NCBI RefSeq assembly: GCF_006345805.1
Contig: NC_043020.1
Location: forward strand, 27,466,001-27,530,000
Direction: 5' to 3'
From: Octopus sinensis
Lineage: Eukaryota
Length of the DNA stretch: 64,000 bases
The position numbers were made by a program, and so were the translations under genes. The notes beneath the pieces are model-generated. The model worked only from the letters and a program-made list of their open reading frames with translations, was not told where the DNA came from and ran no database searches. Below are positions 26,501-40,545 of this stretch, piece by piece (the stretch's first letter is position 1; each line of letters opens with the position of its first letter).

Positions 26501-27546
26501 AATAATAATAATAATAACCACTTTTTACTACAGGCACAAAACCTGGGGAGGGGCACAGTCAATTACCTCTACCCCCAGTACTCAACTGGTACTTAGTGGA
26601 CCCTGAAAGGATGAAAAGCAAAATCAGCGTCGGTGGAATCTGAACTCATCGGCATTATCATCATTTTAGCGACAAGAAAGAATATGGAGGGCTGCAAGAA
26701 CCTTGTGAACTTTGCAACAGATGCTTCCATGCAAGAATCAGCCTCGTTAACCATCAGAGGCATAAACATGGACAGAGGGGAACAAGTGGTCAAGAAGAAG
26801 CCAAATAAATTATCGGACATGCCATGCCGGTGGCACATAAAAAGCACCATCCGATTGTGGCGCCGTTTGCCAGACTCGTCTGGCACCTGTGCTGGTGGCA
26901 CGTAAAAAGCATCCACTACACTCATGGAGTGGTTGGCATTAGGAAGGGCATCCAGCCGTAGAAACACTGCCAGATCAGACTGGGCCTGGTGCAGCCTTCT
27001 GGCTTCCCAGACCCCAGTTGAACCGTCCAACCCATGCTAGCATGGAAAGCGGATATTAAACGATAATGATGATGATGACGACGATAAAATGCCACTGCGG
27101 AATAGGATTTTTTAAACATCAAGGAACCGCCAGAGTAAAACTGGAATTCAAACAGCAGCATCAAGGCTACCGTCTTGAAACGTCGACTGAGATGGGTGGG
27201 CCACGTAGCAAGGAGAGAAACCAGGCTGCCATGTCAAATTTTATACGGTGAACTTTCCACTGGAAGAAGACTCTTTGGCCGTCCCCTCCGCCAATACAAG
27301 GACCAGCCGAAGCAAAGCCTGAAACAGACTGGAATCGATCCCAAAACCTGGGACTTTGAAGCTCATACGAGTAATATTTCCCAGTGGCCAGATATGTTTT
27401 CACAGAAGATTGGAAATGGACACAGCTTGTATAACAGGGACATTCATTTACAACTATTCCAAGATGTCAAGGCAAGGAGATATGAACATGCACACACATA
27501 CAATTATGATGGGCTTCTTTCTTTTTTTCAGTTTCTGTCTATCAAA

Positions 27547-27581
<35 letters not shown>

Positions 27582-30500
27582 GTGAACATGTCATCATTTT
27601 GAACCAATCCTATGACTGGCACCCGGCAGTTGCCAGGACCGCTGGACTGACTCCTGTGCAGGTGGCAAGTGAAGAAACACCATTTCGCCCCTATGCTTGA
27701 GGAGATCCATTGAGTCAAGTACACCGACATCAAAATCAATGGAAACTGCAATTGTGATCCCTGTGCCGGTGGCACGTAAAGAGCACCATCCGATTCGTGG
27801 CCGATGCCAGCGCCGCCTTGACTGGCTTCCGTGCCAGTGGCATGTAAAATGCACCAATCCGATCGTGGCCGTTGCCAGCCTCGCCTGATACTGTGCAGGT
27901 GGCACGTAAAAAGCACCCACTACACTCCCGGAGTGGTTGGCGTTAGGAAGGGCATCCAGCAGTAGAAACACTGCCAGATCAGACTGGAGCCTGGTGCAGC
28001 CTTCTGGCTTCCCAGATCCCCAGTCGAACCATCTAACCCATGCTAGCACGGAGAATGGACCTTAAACGATGATGATGATGATGCTGGCATGGGTTGGATG
28101 GTTTTGACAGGAGCTGCACCAGACTCCAGTCCCATTTGGCATGGTTTCTACGGCTGGATGCCCTTCCTAGTGCCAACCACTTTACAAAGTATACTGGGTG
28201 CCTTTTACGAGGCACCAACACCAGTGCAGCGTGTATATATGTGAGGGTGTATAAAGACAAAGAGAAAGAGCGAAAAAGCGTTGACAATCACCTCTGCGGA
28301 ACCTACCTGGACGAGCCCGTACTTTTCTCCCTAAGGCAGGCTTCGTTGAAGTAGGAGACACCACTGGACCTCCGAAGACATTCGTGGTTGACGTCAGCAT
28401 ATTGACATAGGCTGTGGATGGCGTAACGGCACTCGAGAGGGGTGCCATACCCGGTCGTGAGTTCGGAAGAAAGCCAATGGTGAGAGCCTTCTCCAATTCC
28501 TTCATCTCACTCATCGGACGCTCCGTTTTTACTTGGGTCGTCTCGCTGGCCACTTCTGTCTTCAGTTCTTTGACCAACTTCGCAGACTGGGCAACAGGAG
28601 TCTGCAAGGATTTTCGTTCACCAGATAACCTTTTATCGAGTTTCTTCTCTCCAAAAGACCGTTTGTCTTCATGGACCTTCATCTCACGGAAAGCTGGTTT
28701 CTTATCAATGGTGGCCCTTTTTTCAGGAATGAGTTTCTTCTCCATTTTCTTCTCAGAGGTCACCTTCTTCTCTGCAACTTTTTCATCTTTTTCAATCTAA
28801 CAGAAAAAAATATTTAACAAATATTCATTAGATCATAAATCACCTATCAATCTCACCTGCTTAAAATTAAGAAAATATTTTTTTCAAAAATGGTTGTGTG
28901 TTCAAGAAGTTTGCTTCCCAACCACATAGTTTTGGGTTCAGGCCTACTGCATGATCCCTTGGGTAAGAGTCTTCAATTATAACCTTAGGTCAGAGCTGGT
29001 CAACCTGAGGCCCATGGGCTGCATGCAGCCGGCTTGATACTTTCTTGAAATAGGTTTATTTAAACAAACATTTTGAAAATTTTTATCAAAAATTAAAGAT
29101 TGTAATGAAAAATAAAAAAGAATAAAGTGTCTTGCTCAAGAACAGAATGCTCTGCCAGAATTTGAACTTGCAATCAAGAGCCAAATACCCTTACCACTGA
29201 GGCACACACACACACCTTTCCTACCAATTCCATACACACCATGTACCCCAAATGCACTATATGAATACATAAACATGCCTACCCTTAACGTAGTTCTCAG
29301 GGAGATTCAGCAGGGTACAGAGAGTGTAATAAGGCTAGCCCCCTTTGAATTACCAGTACAACTCATTTTTTGCCAGCTGAATGGACTGGAGCAAAGTGAA
29401 ATGAAGTATCTTGCTCAAGGACATAATCTCCTGCCAAAAATTGAACTCCCCACCTTATGATCATAGGCCAAATACACGAACCATTAAGCCACACACCTTT
29501 GCTATCAACCCCACACACACCACGTGCCCCTTTCCTCGCTCTAGATTGTATGGGTCTGTATTTGGATACTACAGTAATAGTACTTCTCCCCAAGGGATAT
29601 TTGTAAATTTGGGTTCATTATGTAGGGTTAAAAGTGTAATTTGTTGGTGGACCTAGCATGACTGCACCCATGTAAGGGTCGATATAATTATTAAATTTAA
29701 TGTGGCCGTTGCCAGTATCGCCTGACTGGCCCTTTAGCATTTAAACCAGCAATATCTGGCCAAAATGTTCAGTCCATTTTATATTCCAACTGGCCAGATC
29801 TGGCCTCTCAGACCAATCCTACAATGTCATTCTAAAAATATTAACAGTTATCTGACTGGCTCCCGTGCCACCTGACTGGCTTCCGTGCTGGTGGCACATA
29901 AAAAGCATCATCCAAGCATGGCCTGACTAGCAGTCATGCCGGTGGCACGTAAAAAGTTAGGAAGGGCATCCAGCTGTAGAAACTCTTCCAGATCAAGATT
30001 GGGGCCTGGTGCAGCCATCTGGTTCGCCAGTCCTCAGTCAAAATCGTCCAACCCATGCCAGCATGGAAAGTGGACGTTAAACGATGATGAAACACCTCGA
30101 CTGGCTTCTGTGCCGGTGGCACATAAAAAGCACCATCCGAACGTGGCCGATGCCAGCGCTGCCATGGCTGGCTTCCGTGCCGGTGGCATGTTAAAAGCAC
30201 CAACCGATCGTGGCCGATGCCAGACGCCCCCCTCTGGCACCTGTGCAGGTGGCACGTAAAAAGCACCCACTACACTCGCGGAGTGGTTGGTGTTAGGAAG
30301 GGCATCCAGCCGTAGAAACACTGCCAGATCAAACTGGAGCCTGGTGCAGCCCCTGGCTTCCCAGACCCCGGTCGAACCGTCCAACCCATGCTAGCGCGGA
30401 AAACGGACGTTTAACGATGATGAAACGCATTAACGACATCGTAGTAACGACTAACCTTGTCGCTGGGTTCGGCTTTCATTATCGAAGGTTTGGCCCTGGC

Positions 30501-33500
30501 CGTTAGTTTCTTTGCTGGACTCGGTGGAGACTTCCGGCTGGCGTCCCGTTTCGCAAGGAACGCACCGGCAACAATGAGCTTCTGGCGCCGCCTGTTGGGG
30601 AACAAGTTTGGTTTCTTCTCCTTCGGTTTCGGTGCTGCTGTGGCTGCTGCTGTGGCTGCTGCTGCTGCCACCACAGCTATTGCTGCTGCTGTTGTTGCTG
30701 TCTCTTCTGCTGCTGCTATTAGTTCTTTCTTCTTCTCTTTATCTTCTTCAATAAAAAAAAATACACATACATACGTATACAGCTTATATACATACATACA
30801 TATATATTTACAGACACACATACACATGTACACACACACACAACCATACATATATGGCATGTAAAAAGCACCATCCGATTGTGGCCGTTGCCAGCCTCAC
30901 CTGGCCTCCGTGCTGATGGCATGTAAAAAGCACCATCCAATTGTGGCCGTTGCCAGCTTCACCTGGCCTCTGTGCCGGTGGTACGTAAAAAGCACCATCC
31001 GATCGTGGCCGTTGCCATCGTTGCCCCGACTGGCCTCCATGCTGATGGCATGTAAAAAGCACCATCCGATCGTGGCCGTTGCCAGCCTCACCTGGCCTCC
31101 GTGCCGGTGGCATGTAAAAAGCACCATCCAATTGTGGCCGTTTGCCAGCCTCGTCTGGCACCTGTGCCGGTGGCACGTAAAAAGCACCCACTACACTCAT
31201 TGAGTGGTTGGCGTTAGGAAGGGCATCCAGCTGTAGAAACATTGCCAGATCAGACTGGGCCTGGTGCAGCCTTCTGGTTTCCCAGACCCCAGTTGGACCG
31301 TCCAACCCATGCTAGCATGGAAAGCGGACGCTAAACGATGATGATGATATATATATACATATATCTGGCTGCAACGTCTTCAATGAATACCCCAATACAC
31401 AAGGTGCCATGCAGTGAGACTGAACTCAAAACCATGTGCTTGGTAAGCAAACATCTTACCACAAGGCCATGCCTGCTTTTCTTTTCTTAGATATTACTCG
31501 CCGACTTCACTAGTGTCAGTGCCCTGCTGGAAAAAGCAGCCAGTACACCCTATGTAGTGATTGGTGTCATCAAGGACATCCAACCAAGGCTACCACTGAA
31601 GATCAATGCAGTCCTGCAGATCATCGGATCCTGTTAAACCATCCAATCCATGCCAGCCTGGAGAAAAGACATTAAGCAATGATGATGATGATGATTGATA
31701 TATACAGGTACAGGCGTGGCTGTGAGGTTAAGAAGCTTATTTTGCAATAAAGTAGTTCCAGGTTCAATCCCATTGCACAGTACGTTAGGTATCTTCTACT
31801 ATAGCTCTGGGCCAACCAGTACCTTGTGAGTGAATTTGATAGATGGAAACTGTATGGAAGCTCATTGTGTATGAGTGAGTGCGCATGCATCGTCGATAGA
31901 CAACTGGTGTTGTTTTGTTTATGTCCCCATAACTTAGAGATTTAGCGAAAGAAAACAATAGAATAAGTCCCAGACTTTTAAAAAAAAAATTACTGGGTTG
32001 ATTTATTCCACCCTAAAACCCTTCAAGGAAGTACTCCAGCATGGCGGCAGTTCAATGACTGAAACAAGGTGCACACACACACACACACACACATACCAGT
32101 TGTATTCTCTTGTAATGTCACTGGTTTAATGAGCTCCTCGGCCAGTTCCTTAATTTTGGGTGGTTCACTGCTTTCAACAGGTTCCGTCTTGGGTTCCTCT
32201 TTTGGCGGAGTAGGTTCTGTGAAAGACAAGAGTTTGGGGATCAATTAGAAAGAAAAGTGAGAGTGAAGAATTTTGATAAGGAAACTGGTCCAGGCCGTGC
32301 GATTAACAAGCCTGGCCAGTTTCAACATAAAACAGGTAGAATATTTTGGCCAGACATGGCCTGTTTGAATGTCAAAGGGTTAGATATTATTAGAAACTGC
32401 ATAAAAGATTTTAATATTTTGGGTACTGCAGAAGTATAAGCACTTTATTGCACATAGATTATAAGAACACGCTAACTGACCACGTGCCGTCAATAATGAC
32501 GGCTAATTGTAGTATTTTATATATAAATAACGTAAAAAATAAGGTCCATAATAATCACACATACAAACATTCACATATTTCCCTTGTACAAGCACACACA
32601 TACATCCACAGAGTTGAAACGCTGTTTGTTTTTTCCACCCCTTCCTTTCTCTCATTCCCTCTTAGTCAGAGCCATTACTCTCACTACTTTTCCTTCACTG
32701 AATCACCATTTTCTCTCCTCCTCCGCATCTGGCCTGATTCCGGACCAACATATATAGATATACAAATATATAAAATCCCTATGCTCATTGTTATTATATT
32801 GTGAGATTCTTATATGGACCCTAGTTGAAAATCACTGTTTTAAAACGAGAGAGAGAGCCTTTTATGTTACCTTTCATTTTGTCAACAGGTTCTTCCACTT
32901 CTTTTGCTGTTGGGTCAACTGAAGTAGCTGTAGAGGATGGAGGAGCTGATACAGGTGATGCTGGTCTCTCTTTTATTACACAATCTGAGGACTTCAACTC
33001 TGAAAGAGAGAAAGAAAGACAAATGAAATGAAAAATTTAATGTGGCCGTTGCCAGTATTGCCCAACTGGCCCTTTAGCATTTAAACCAGCCATATCTGGC
33101 CAAAATGTTCAATCCATTTTATACTCCAGCTGGCCAGATCTGGCCTCTCACACCAATCCTACAATATCATTCTAAAAATATTAACTGTTGTCAGCTTTAA
33201 CTCAATGGTGTTCCATCCATGACAATCCAATTTATTTTTCAAACATGGGTTCAATCCCTCTGTGTGGCACCTTGAGTAAGCATCTTTTACAATAGCTCTG
33301 GATCGACTAAAACTTGCGAGTGGATTTGGTAGATGGAAACTGAAAGAAGCCCACCTCCATCATTGTCATCATGCATGGCTAGCAGTGTGTGGTAAGGAGT
33401 TTGCTTCCCAACCACATAGTTCCAGGTTCAGTCTCATTGCATGGCACCTTGGGCAAGTGTCTTCTACAATGGACTGGGGCTAACCAAAGCCTTGTGAGTG

Positions 33501-36500
33501 AATTTCATAGATGGAAACTGAAAGAAGCCCATTGTGTGTGTGTCCCACTACCGCTTTATTAACTGATGTTGGTGTGTTTATATCTATAGCTTAAAATCCT
33601 AGCAAAAGGGACATTATAGAATAAGTACCAGGCTTAAAAAACAGAGGGGGGGGGGGGTCGATTCGTACGATTAAAATCCTTTAAACTGGTGCCTCAGGAT
33701 GAAGAGAGTCTTATGATTGAAACAAGAAAGAAAAAATAAAACTCAATACACATACACACAAGGTGGTGAGTGGCTTTTGTCTGGAGATTATATGATGATT
33801 GTAAATGAGCATCACTGTCATATAAGCGAGGTTGTTCATTGTCAGTCTTGTGCAAAAACATGTCTGGTCACAGGGAAATATTCCCTATTTTGAATTAATC
33901 ATGTTATATTGTGACTATTTTTTGAATGACATTGTAGGTAGGTGTGAGAAGCCAGATATGGCTGGATGGTGTGAATGGCCAGATAATGCAAGTGGAATAC
34001 ATGAGCTTGATATGGTGGGTTTAAATGCTAAAGGACTAAACAATGTATGCATATGAAATTGCAGGGGTCAAATCAGAGCTCTCCTTGTCTAAGAGAGACA
34101 TGTCTAAACAAAGACTAGGGATCTCTCATTCCCAGCTCTTGGATGGCCATTGACTCTACTGGGTTCATTCACCCTTTGATAGGCTTTGCGTTATGCCTTT
34201 CAGGGTGGCCAAGGGGAATCACACAGGCTTGATAGGGTTACCGGTTTAGATGCAGGTGGCCCAAAATATGACAGAGATTGTACATGATGAAATGCTACAT
34301 GTAAATGCACCACTCTCGGAGCAGTTGGAGTTAGGAAGGGCATCAAGCTGTAGAAACTGCCAGATCAGATTGGAGTCTGGTGCAGCCATCTGGTTCGCCA
34401 GACCCCAGTCAAATCGTCCGACCCATGCTAGCATGGAAAGCGGATATTAAACGACGATGATGATGATGAACACACAGTTATATAATATTCTTTGGTTTTT
34501 TGGTTCATTTACCTGTGGAATCTTTATCTGGAATTATTTTGGTCTTCTTTGCCTGTTTGTTAGTCGAGGTCAATGAGTTTGAGATGATGTCGTCATCAGA
34601 GGTAGATGGCAGAGGGCTTGACTCTTTCTCCTCCTCACTAGGTATTTTGTCATTCTCACTCTTGCTTTTAGCTTCTGTTTGGTTGTCTTTGCCGCCAGTA
34701 CTGGGCAATTCGGTAGCAGCCGGCACTGCAACAGGTATGGGGTCCATTCTCTGGAAAAGGTAACAAAGAAAGAAAGAGGTGCTTAAAGGTGCAATCACAT
34801 TAGTTTTAATTAACCCTTTTGTTACTGTATTTATTTTGAGATGTTCCGTGTTTCTTTCAATTAATTTTAAATATAACAAAGAATTTAGTAAAACAACTTA
34901 GTTATCATTAAGCTAGTGTTAGGAACATAAATTGTGATTAAGGTTTGGTATAAGATTTTAATTCAAAACTTATGAAAACATGACGTTTGTACTACAAAGC
35001 CAGAGGCGGTTTCAGCCGGGTTGGTAACGAAAGGGTTAAATATTGATTTCTAACACAGCCACAAGCCCTTAATGAAACCCAAAATGAAGGCAGACAACAG
35101 GAGAAATCAGAAATAATGGAACCAAGTACACTGATGCCCTAACAGCACAAAGTATCCTGTCCTCGTGCTCAAATGATTCTGAAAGTCCACTAATTTCGTA
35201 TAAATATTGGTTACAAATTTTGGCCCAAGGCTAGCAATTTGAGGGGAGGGACTAAGTTGATTAACCCCTTAGTGTTCACATTATTCTGCCAAAACTAATC
35301 CTTTTTTATCCACATTGTTTTGAACTAATCATGCATTATCTTGCAGCCATGAGATTTTGATGAGGTAGCTGTTAATTTTTAAAACGATATTGTAGGGTAG
35401 GTGCGAGAGACCAGATCTGGCCAGTTTGAACATAAAACAAGCAGAATACTTTTGGACGGATATGGCCAGTTTAAATGCTAAAGGGTTAAACCAACCCCAA
35501 TGTTCAAAAGGTACTCGTTTTATCGACCCCGAAAGGATGAAAAACAAAGCTGACCCCAGCAGAATTTGAACTCAGAACATAAAGATGGATGAAAAGCTGC
35601 TCAGCATCCTACCTAGGGTGCTAACGATTTTGTACAAAAGTTGGGATGAAATTCCAGCAAATGGCCAGCGATTTTGGGAGAGGGGGTAAGTTGATTACAT
35701 CAAATGGTACTTATTTTATCAACTCCTGAATGGGATGAATGGTAAATTTGACCTCAGCAGAATTTGAACATAGAGACATGGGAGCTTGAGAAGCTTGCCT
35801 CCCAATCATGTGGTCCCGGGGTTTTATTCTCTCCGCATGACCCCCGAGACGGTTGTTATACTATAGCCCCAGGCCGACCAAATCCCTATGGGTGGATTCA
35901 GTAGGCAGAAACTGAATAGAAAACCATCGTGTGTGTGTGTGTGTGTGTGTGTGTACTCTTCTATTTACATATGGTGGTTGTAAACGATTATTACTGTCAT
36001 ACAAACGGGGTTGTTTGTTACCAGCCCGCCATGGAAAACATGCCAGGCCCATATTACCCTGCTAGGAAACAGGCGATGGTTAGCGACAGGAAGGGCATCC
36101 GGCCGTCGAAAAAATCTGCCACAACAAATTCCGTCTTACACATGCGAGACAGGGAAAGTGGGCGTTAAAACGATAGCGAAAACGCAGTACTCAGATGAGA
36201 ATTCGAGTGAGGGAAAATTCCCTAGCTTAGTTGGATTATGTCCGGCCTTCAAATGGTAACTGGAGATCGATGAGTGCAATCTATTTCTTCGCTGAGAATC
36301 TATAGACATTTCTGAAGACGTCAATCGCTTCTCGGGCCTAAAATGTGTGCAGACACACACACAAATCATATATATATATATATATATATATATAATCTCA
36401 CAGAATTATTACGGTATGAAACGAATATAACACACGATGTCACAATAGGGAAATGATTAATAGGGGGTGGGGTTAAATATTTAACTAGTTTTTTAATTAG

Positions 36501-36662
36501 AAAAAAATACAAAAAATAGAAAAAGTAACATCGCACAAGAAAGCAAACGAGTAAAAATCAAACGAAATCCACTAAAATTTTGGGGAAAAATAAAGACGCA
36601 TTCACAAAACACCGAATATAGAAGAGATACATTACGAAACAGACATTATACACAGAAAAATA

Positions 36663-36712
<50 letters not shown>

Positions 36713-39700
36713 GAAAAGGGAGAGCTTGTGTGTGTTTTGTATGCCTGCACAGAGAATAACTATAAACAAGGATTCTTGTTGCTGTTTTAAGTATTTTTAA
36801 CAAGAAAAAAGGAAGAATCTAGATGAAGAAAAAAGTCGATTTTACGATTAGAAGGGTTGAATGTTTGTACGCCTTATATATATATATATATATATATATA
36901 CATACATATATATATATACTTAGTTTGATTTGAAAACCCCACTAGAATGGGAGAAAGCACTAATGATCTAAGTGATATGATATATATATATATAAAATGT
37001 AATATATAAATAAATATCTGTAAATATAAACCATCCGATCTTCTGAGTACCTCATTTCTTCTAATATATACACACATATATATATACGCACACACGCATA
37101 TAAATATAAATAAATGTGTGTGTGATATATAGATAGGTGGATAGATGCAGGATATAAGTAATAATCGGGAGGAATATTATTTAAAAAAAGAGAAAACAGG
37201 TTTGAGGTTTGAAAACTGCCAAACAAATAATAACAATTTCATAGACATTACATTTACATATAAAGTCACAGGACGAAATAAGGAAACAGGATTTGAGGGC
37301 GGTTATCAGGCATATTAAAGTCCAAGCCTTATATACACACATAGATGTATGTATGTACGTGTATATGTGTGTATATATTTATATATATTGCAGGAGAGTC
37401 GTAGAGGCATTGACGGATTCGCAAGAGGCGGGCAGTGTTTCGGCTTCCTTTTTGCAAAAAGGAAGCCGAGACTACTTGGCTTGTTTGCAACACTTTTTCG
37501 CTTCTATCCTGGTTTTTTCTTCCCTTTCTTTATCCTGTCGTATTGCCAGCAGAGGCCATCGTCAACTCGAGGAAGCAGACAGACACAGAAATAGAAATAT
37601 AAATTAAAATAAGAGACGAGACGACGGCCGTCTTCGTGAAACGGTCTTCGTCGTTCGGGGGTTTCCTTGCTCGGCTTTGCTCGCCCCTTTACGGGACTTC
37701 CTTCTACACGTTTCGGTCGGTTCGATTCGTTGTTACCTACCTAAGACAATGCTGCTACCAGTGGCAGACGGAGGCGGGCGGCCGACACGCAGACCAGCGG
37801 CAGGGTAGATCGCCAGCCACACACCAATCCAGCATGACGACGCCGAGAAAGACGGGAACCATTTAACTCCTCTTGACCAGACAAGGAGATCGCTAGCGCC
37901 ACCTGACGGCAGCAGTTGCTATGACACTTAAGCAAGAGCAGAAAACAGGGAGTTATCTTCACACAAAGAGAGTTATTCCCCCTTCTAGCCTGCTTATCCG
38001 TCACACACGCATTATATATATATATCCGTCAAACATAGATTATATATATGTATATATATATCCGTCAAACATAGATTTTATATATGTATATATATATATA
38101 TATCCGTCATACATAGATTATATATATGTATATATATATATATCCGTCATACATAGATTATATATATGTATATATATATATCCGTCATACATAGATTATA
38201 TATATATATATACATTCATAAATGAGGGTGAAAAATTAGATATTAATTTAATAATACCATCAGTTTAACACTATATCATCATCATCATCGTTTAGCGTCC
38301 GTTTTCCATGCTAGCATGGGTTGGACGGTTCTACATATATATATGTCACACATACATATTATATATCCATCATATATACATTTTATATAAGTATATATAT
38401 CCGTCATACATACATTTTATATATGTATATATATCCATCATGCATACATTATATATATATATATCCGTCAAACATACATTTTATATATATATATATATAT
38501 GTCATACATAGATTTTATATATATATCTGTCACACATACATATATATATATCCATCATACATACATTTTATATATATATAGGGGAGAAGCAATTATATCT
38601 TTATATTCACCAGTTTCAGGAATTGGACTGCGGCAATGCTGGGGCACCGCAGTCAGACGAATCAGCCAGTTTTTTTTTTTTCTCTCTCGAAAAGCCTAGT
38701 ATTTTATTCTATCGGTCACTTTTGCCAAACCGCTGGAGGGATATAAACAAACCAACGTCGTTTGTCAAGCGGTAGTGTTGGGAAGAAACGGGTGGGGTGG
38801 GGAGAAAAACAAAACAGATATTCACCAATAACTCTGCTCTTTCACCTATATATCCCTATTCCCTACATATCCGTCACTAACCTTATATTTTTGTGTTACT
38901 TATCTGATCCTATCATGCTCGTCTCTGTGCCTCTGTCACCCACATGTGCCTTCAAAGTTGTGTCGTGACACTGAGTCACCACCACCACTCACGGCGTCTC
39001 GACCTGCGAGGTACTCAGCACCCTTCGCAAGTGTCAATGACACGGAAAAGCAACCAGTACACCCTGTGAATTGATTAGTGTTAAACAAGATCGGCAGACT
39101 GTGGAAACTGGGCCAAAACAGTCATTAGAGCTCAACCTATCCTCTGACCTGTAAGTTCCTGTCAAACCACCCAACCATATACCAGCATGGGATATGGACC
39201 CAAAATGATAAGGATACACCCACATATTATATCTAAATTTTAACTTTAATTTAAATATTTTAATTTGGAATTTTTTTTTTTTTTATATTTTATATTTTTT
39301 TTAATTAATTTTATTTCTATGTATTGACTTATGATTTTCACTGTTTGATATGCCTAATAGTGGTTTTATCTCTAATTTAATATAATATATATATATATAT
39401 ATGGCTGAAACAAGTAAAAGAATAATAATTATTCCCCCAACACTAATTTTTGTTCTAATTTATTTATTTATATATATATATATTTAACCTTTTAGGCTAC
39501 TTTCAAGCCTTCACCATAACTTGATTTATCTTTCCTATCTCTCTCTCTACAAAATTTAACCTTAGGCTACCTCAAGCCGTAATCCCATCTCTTCCCATCT
39601 TTCCGCCATTGGCGGTGCGCCCGCCCCCCCACCCCCACCACCAATACCGGTGAACTCTGTTCTCACCACCACCACCACCAATACCGGTGAACACTGTTCT

Positions 39701-40514
39701 CACCCCCCACCACCAATACCAGTATACCCTGTTCTCACCATCTACACCGGGTACGCCCTACTCCCTCCCCCTCCCCCCACTACCCCTTCTCCTCATATGC
39801 TTTCACTGTGAAAAGAGAAGCTGCTAGCGCCATAGCTCATCAACTGCCCACCGATCTTACGCTTCCTCCTGACACTGCCTCATTCCGACCATCCCCTTTA
39901 GTACCCTCCCGCCTCGTAATATCCTACGTTTTTATTTCAATATCCTACGTTTTTATTTCTTAGGAACCTTCACCAACCCCTTCCTGCCATCGTTCCTCCT
40001 TACCCCAACCTTCCCCACTGGTTGCTCCCCTATATTACCCGCCTCAACTGGACCCCCCCCTCCCCAACTCAACTCTAGAATATCTGTATTTCTTTCCTCT
40101 ACCTAATTACGTTACTCAGTGACGATAAATGCTGTGACTACAAAGACCCGGGCTGCTTTCTGCAGCAATTCCACATACCCCCTACCCATTCTAAGTACCC
40201 CGGATCCCCAAAGTACCCTGGATCCCCAAAGTACCCCGATCCCCAAAGTACCCCGGACCTCGTTGCCCCCGTGCCGCTGACACGTTAAAATGCTCGAACC
40301 GATCGTGACGATGCCGGACCCTCCGGCCCCTGTGCAGGTGGCACGTAAAAAGCACCCAATCCACTCACGGAGTGGTTGGCGTTAGGAAGGGCATCCAGCC
40401 GTAGAAACTCTGCCAGATTCAGACTGGAGCCTGGTGCGGCCCCTGGCTTCCCAGACCCGGTCAAACCGTCCAACCCGTGCTAGCGCGGAAAGCGGACGTT
40501 AAACGATGATGATG

Positions 40515-40545
<31 letters not shown>

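Noticed and set aside
36136-36369. Acceptor-like ttttag followed by an open frame ([11 protein letters not shown]...)
   Set aside because: No convincing donor, and the frame runs into repeat sequence. It could still be a UTR exon of the internal promoter.
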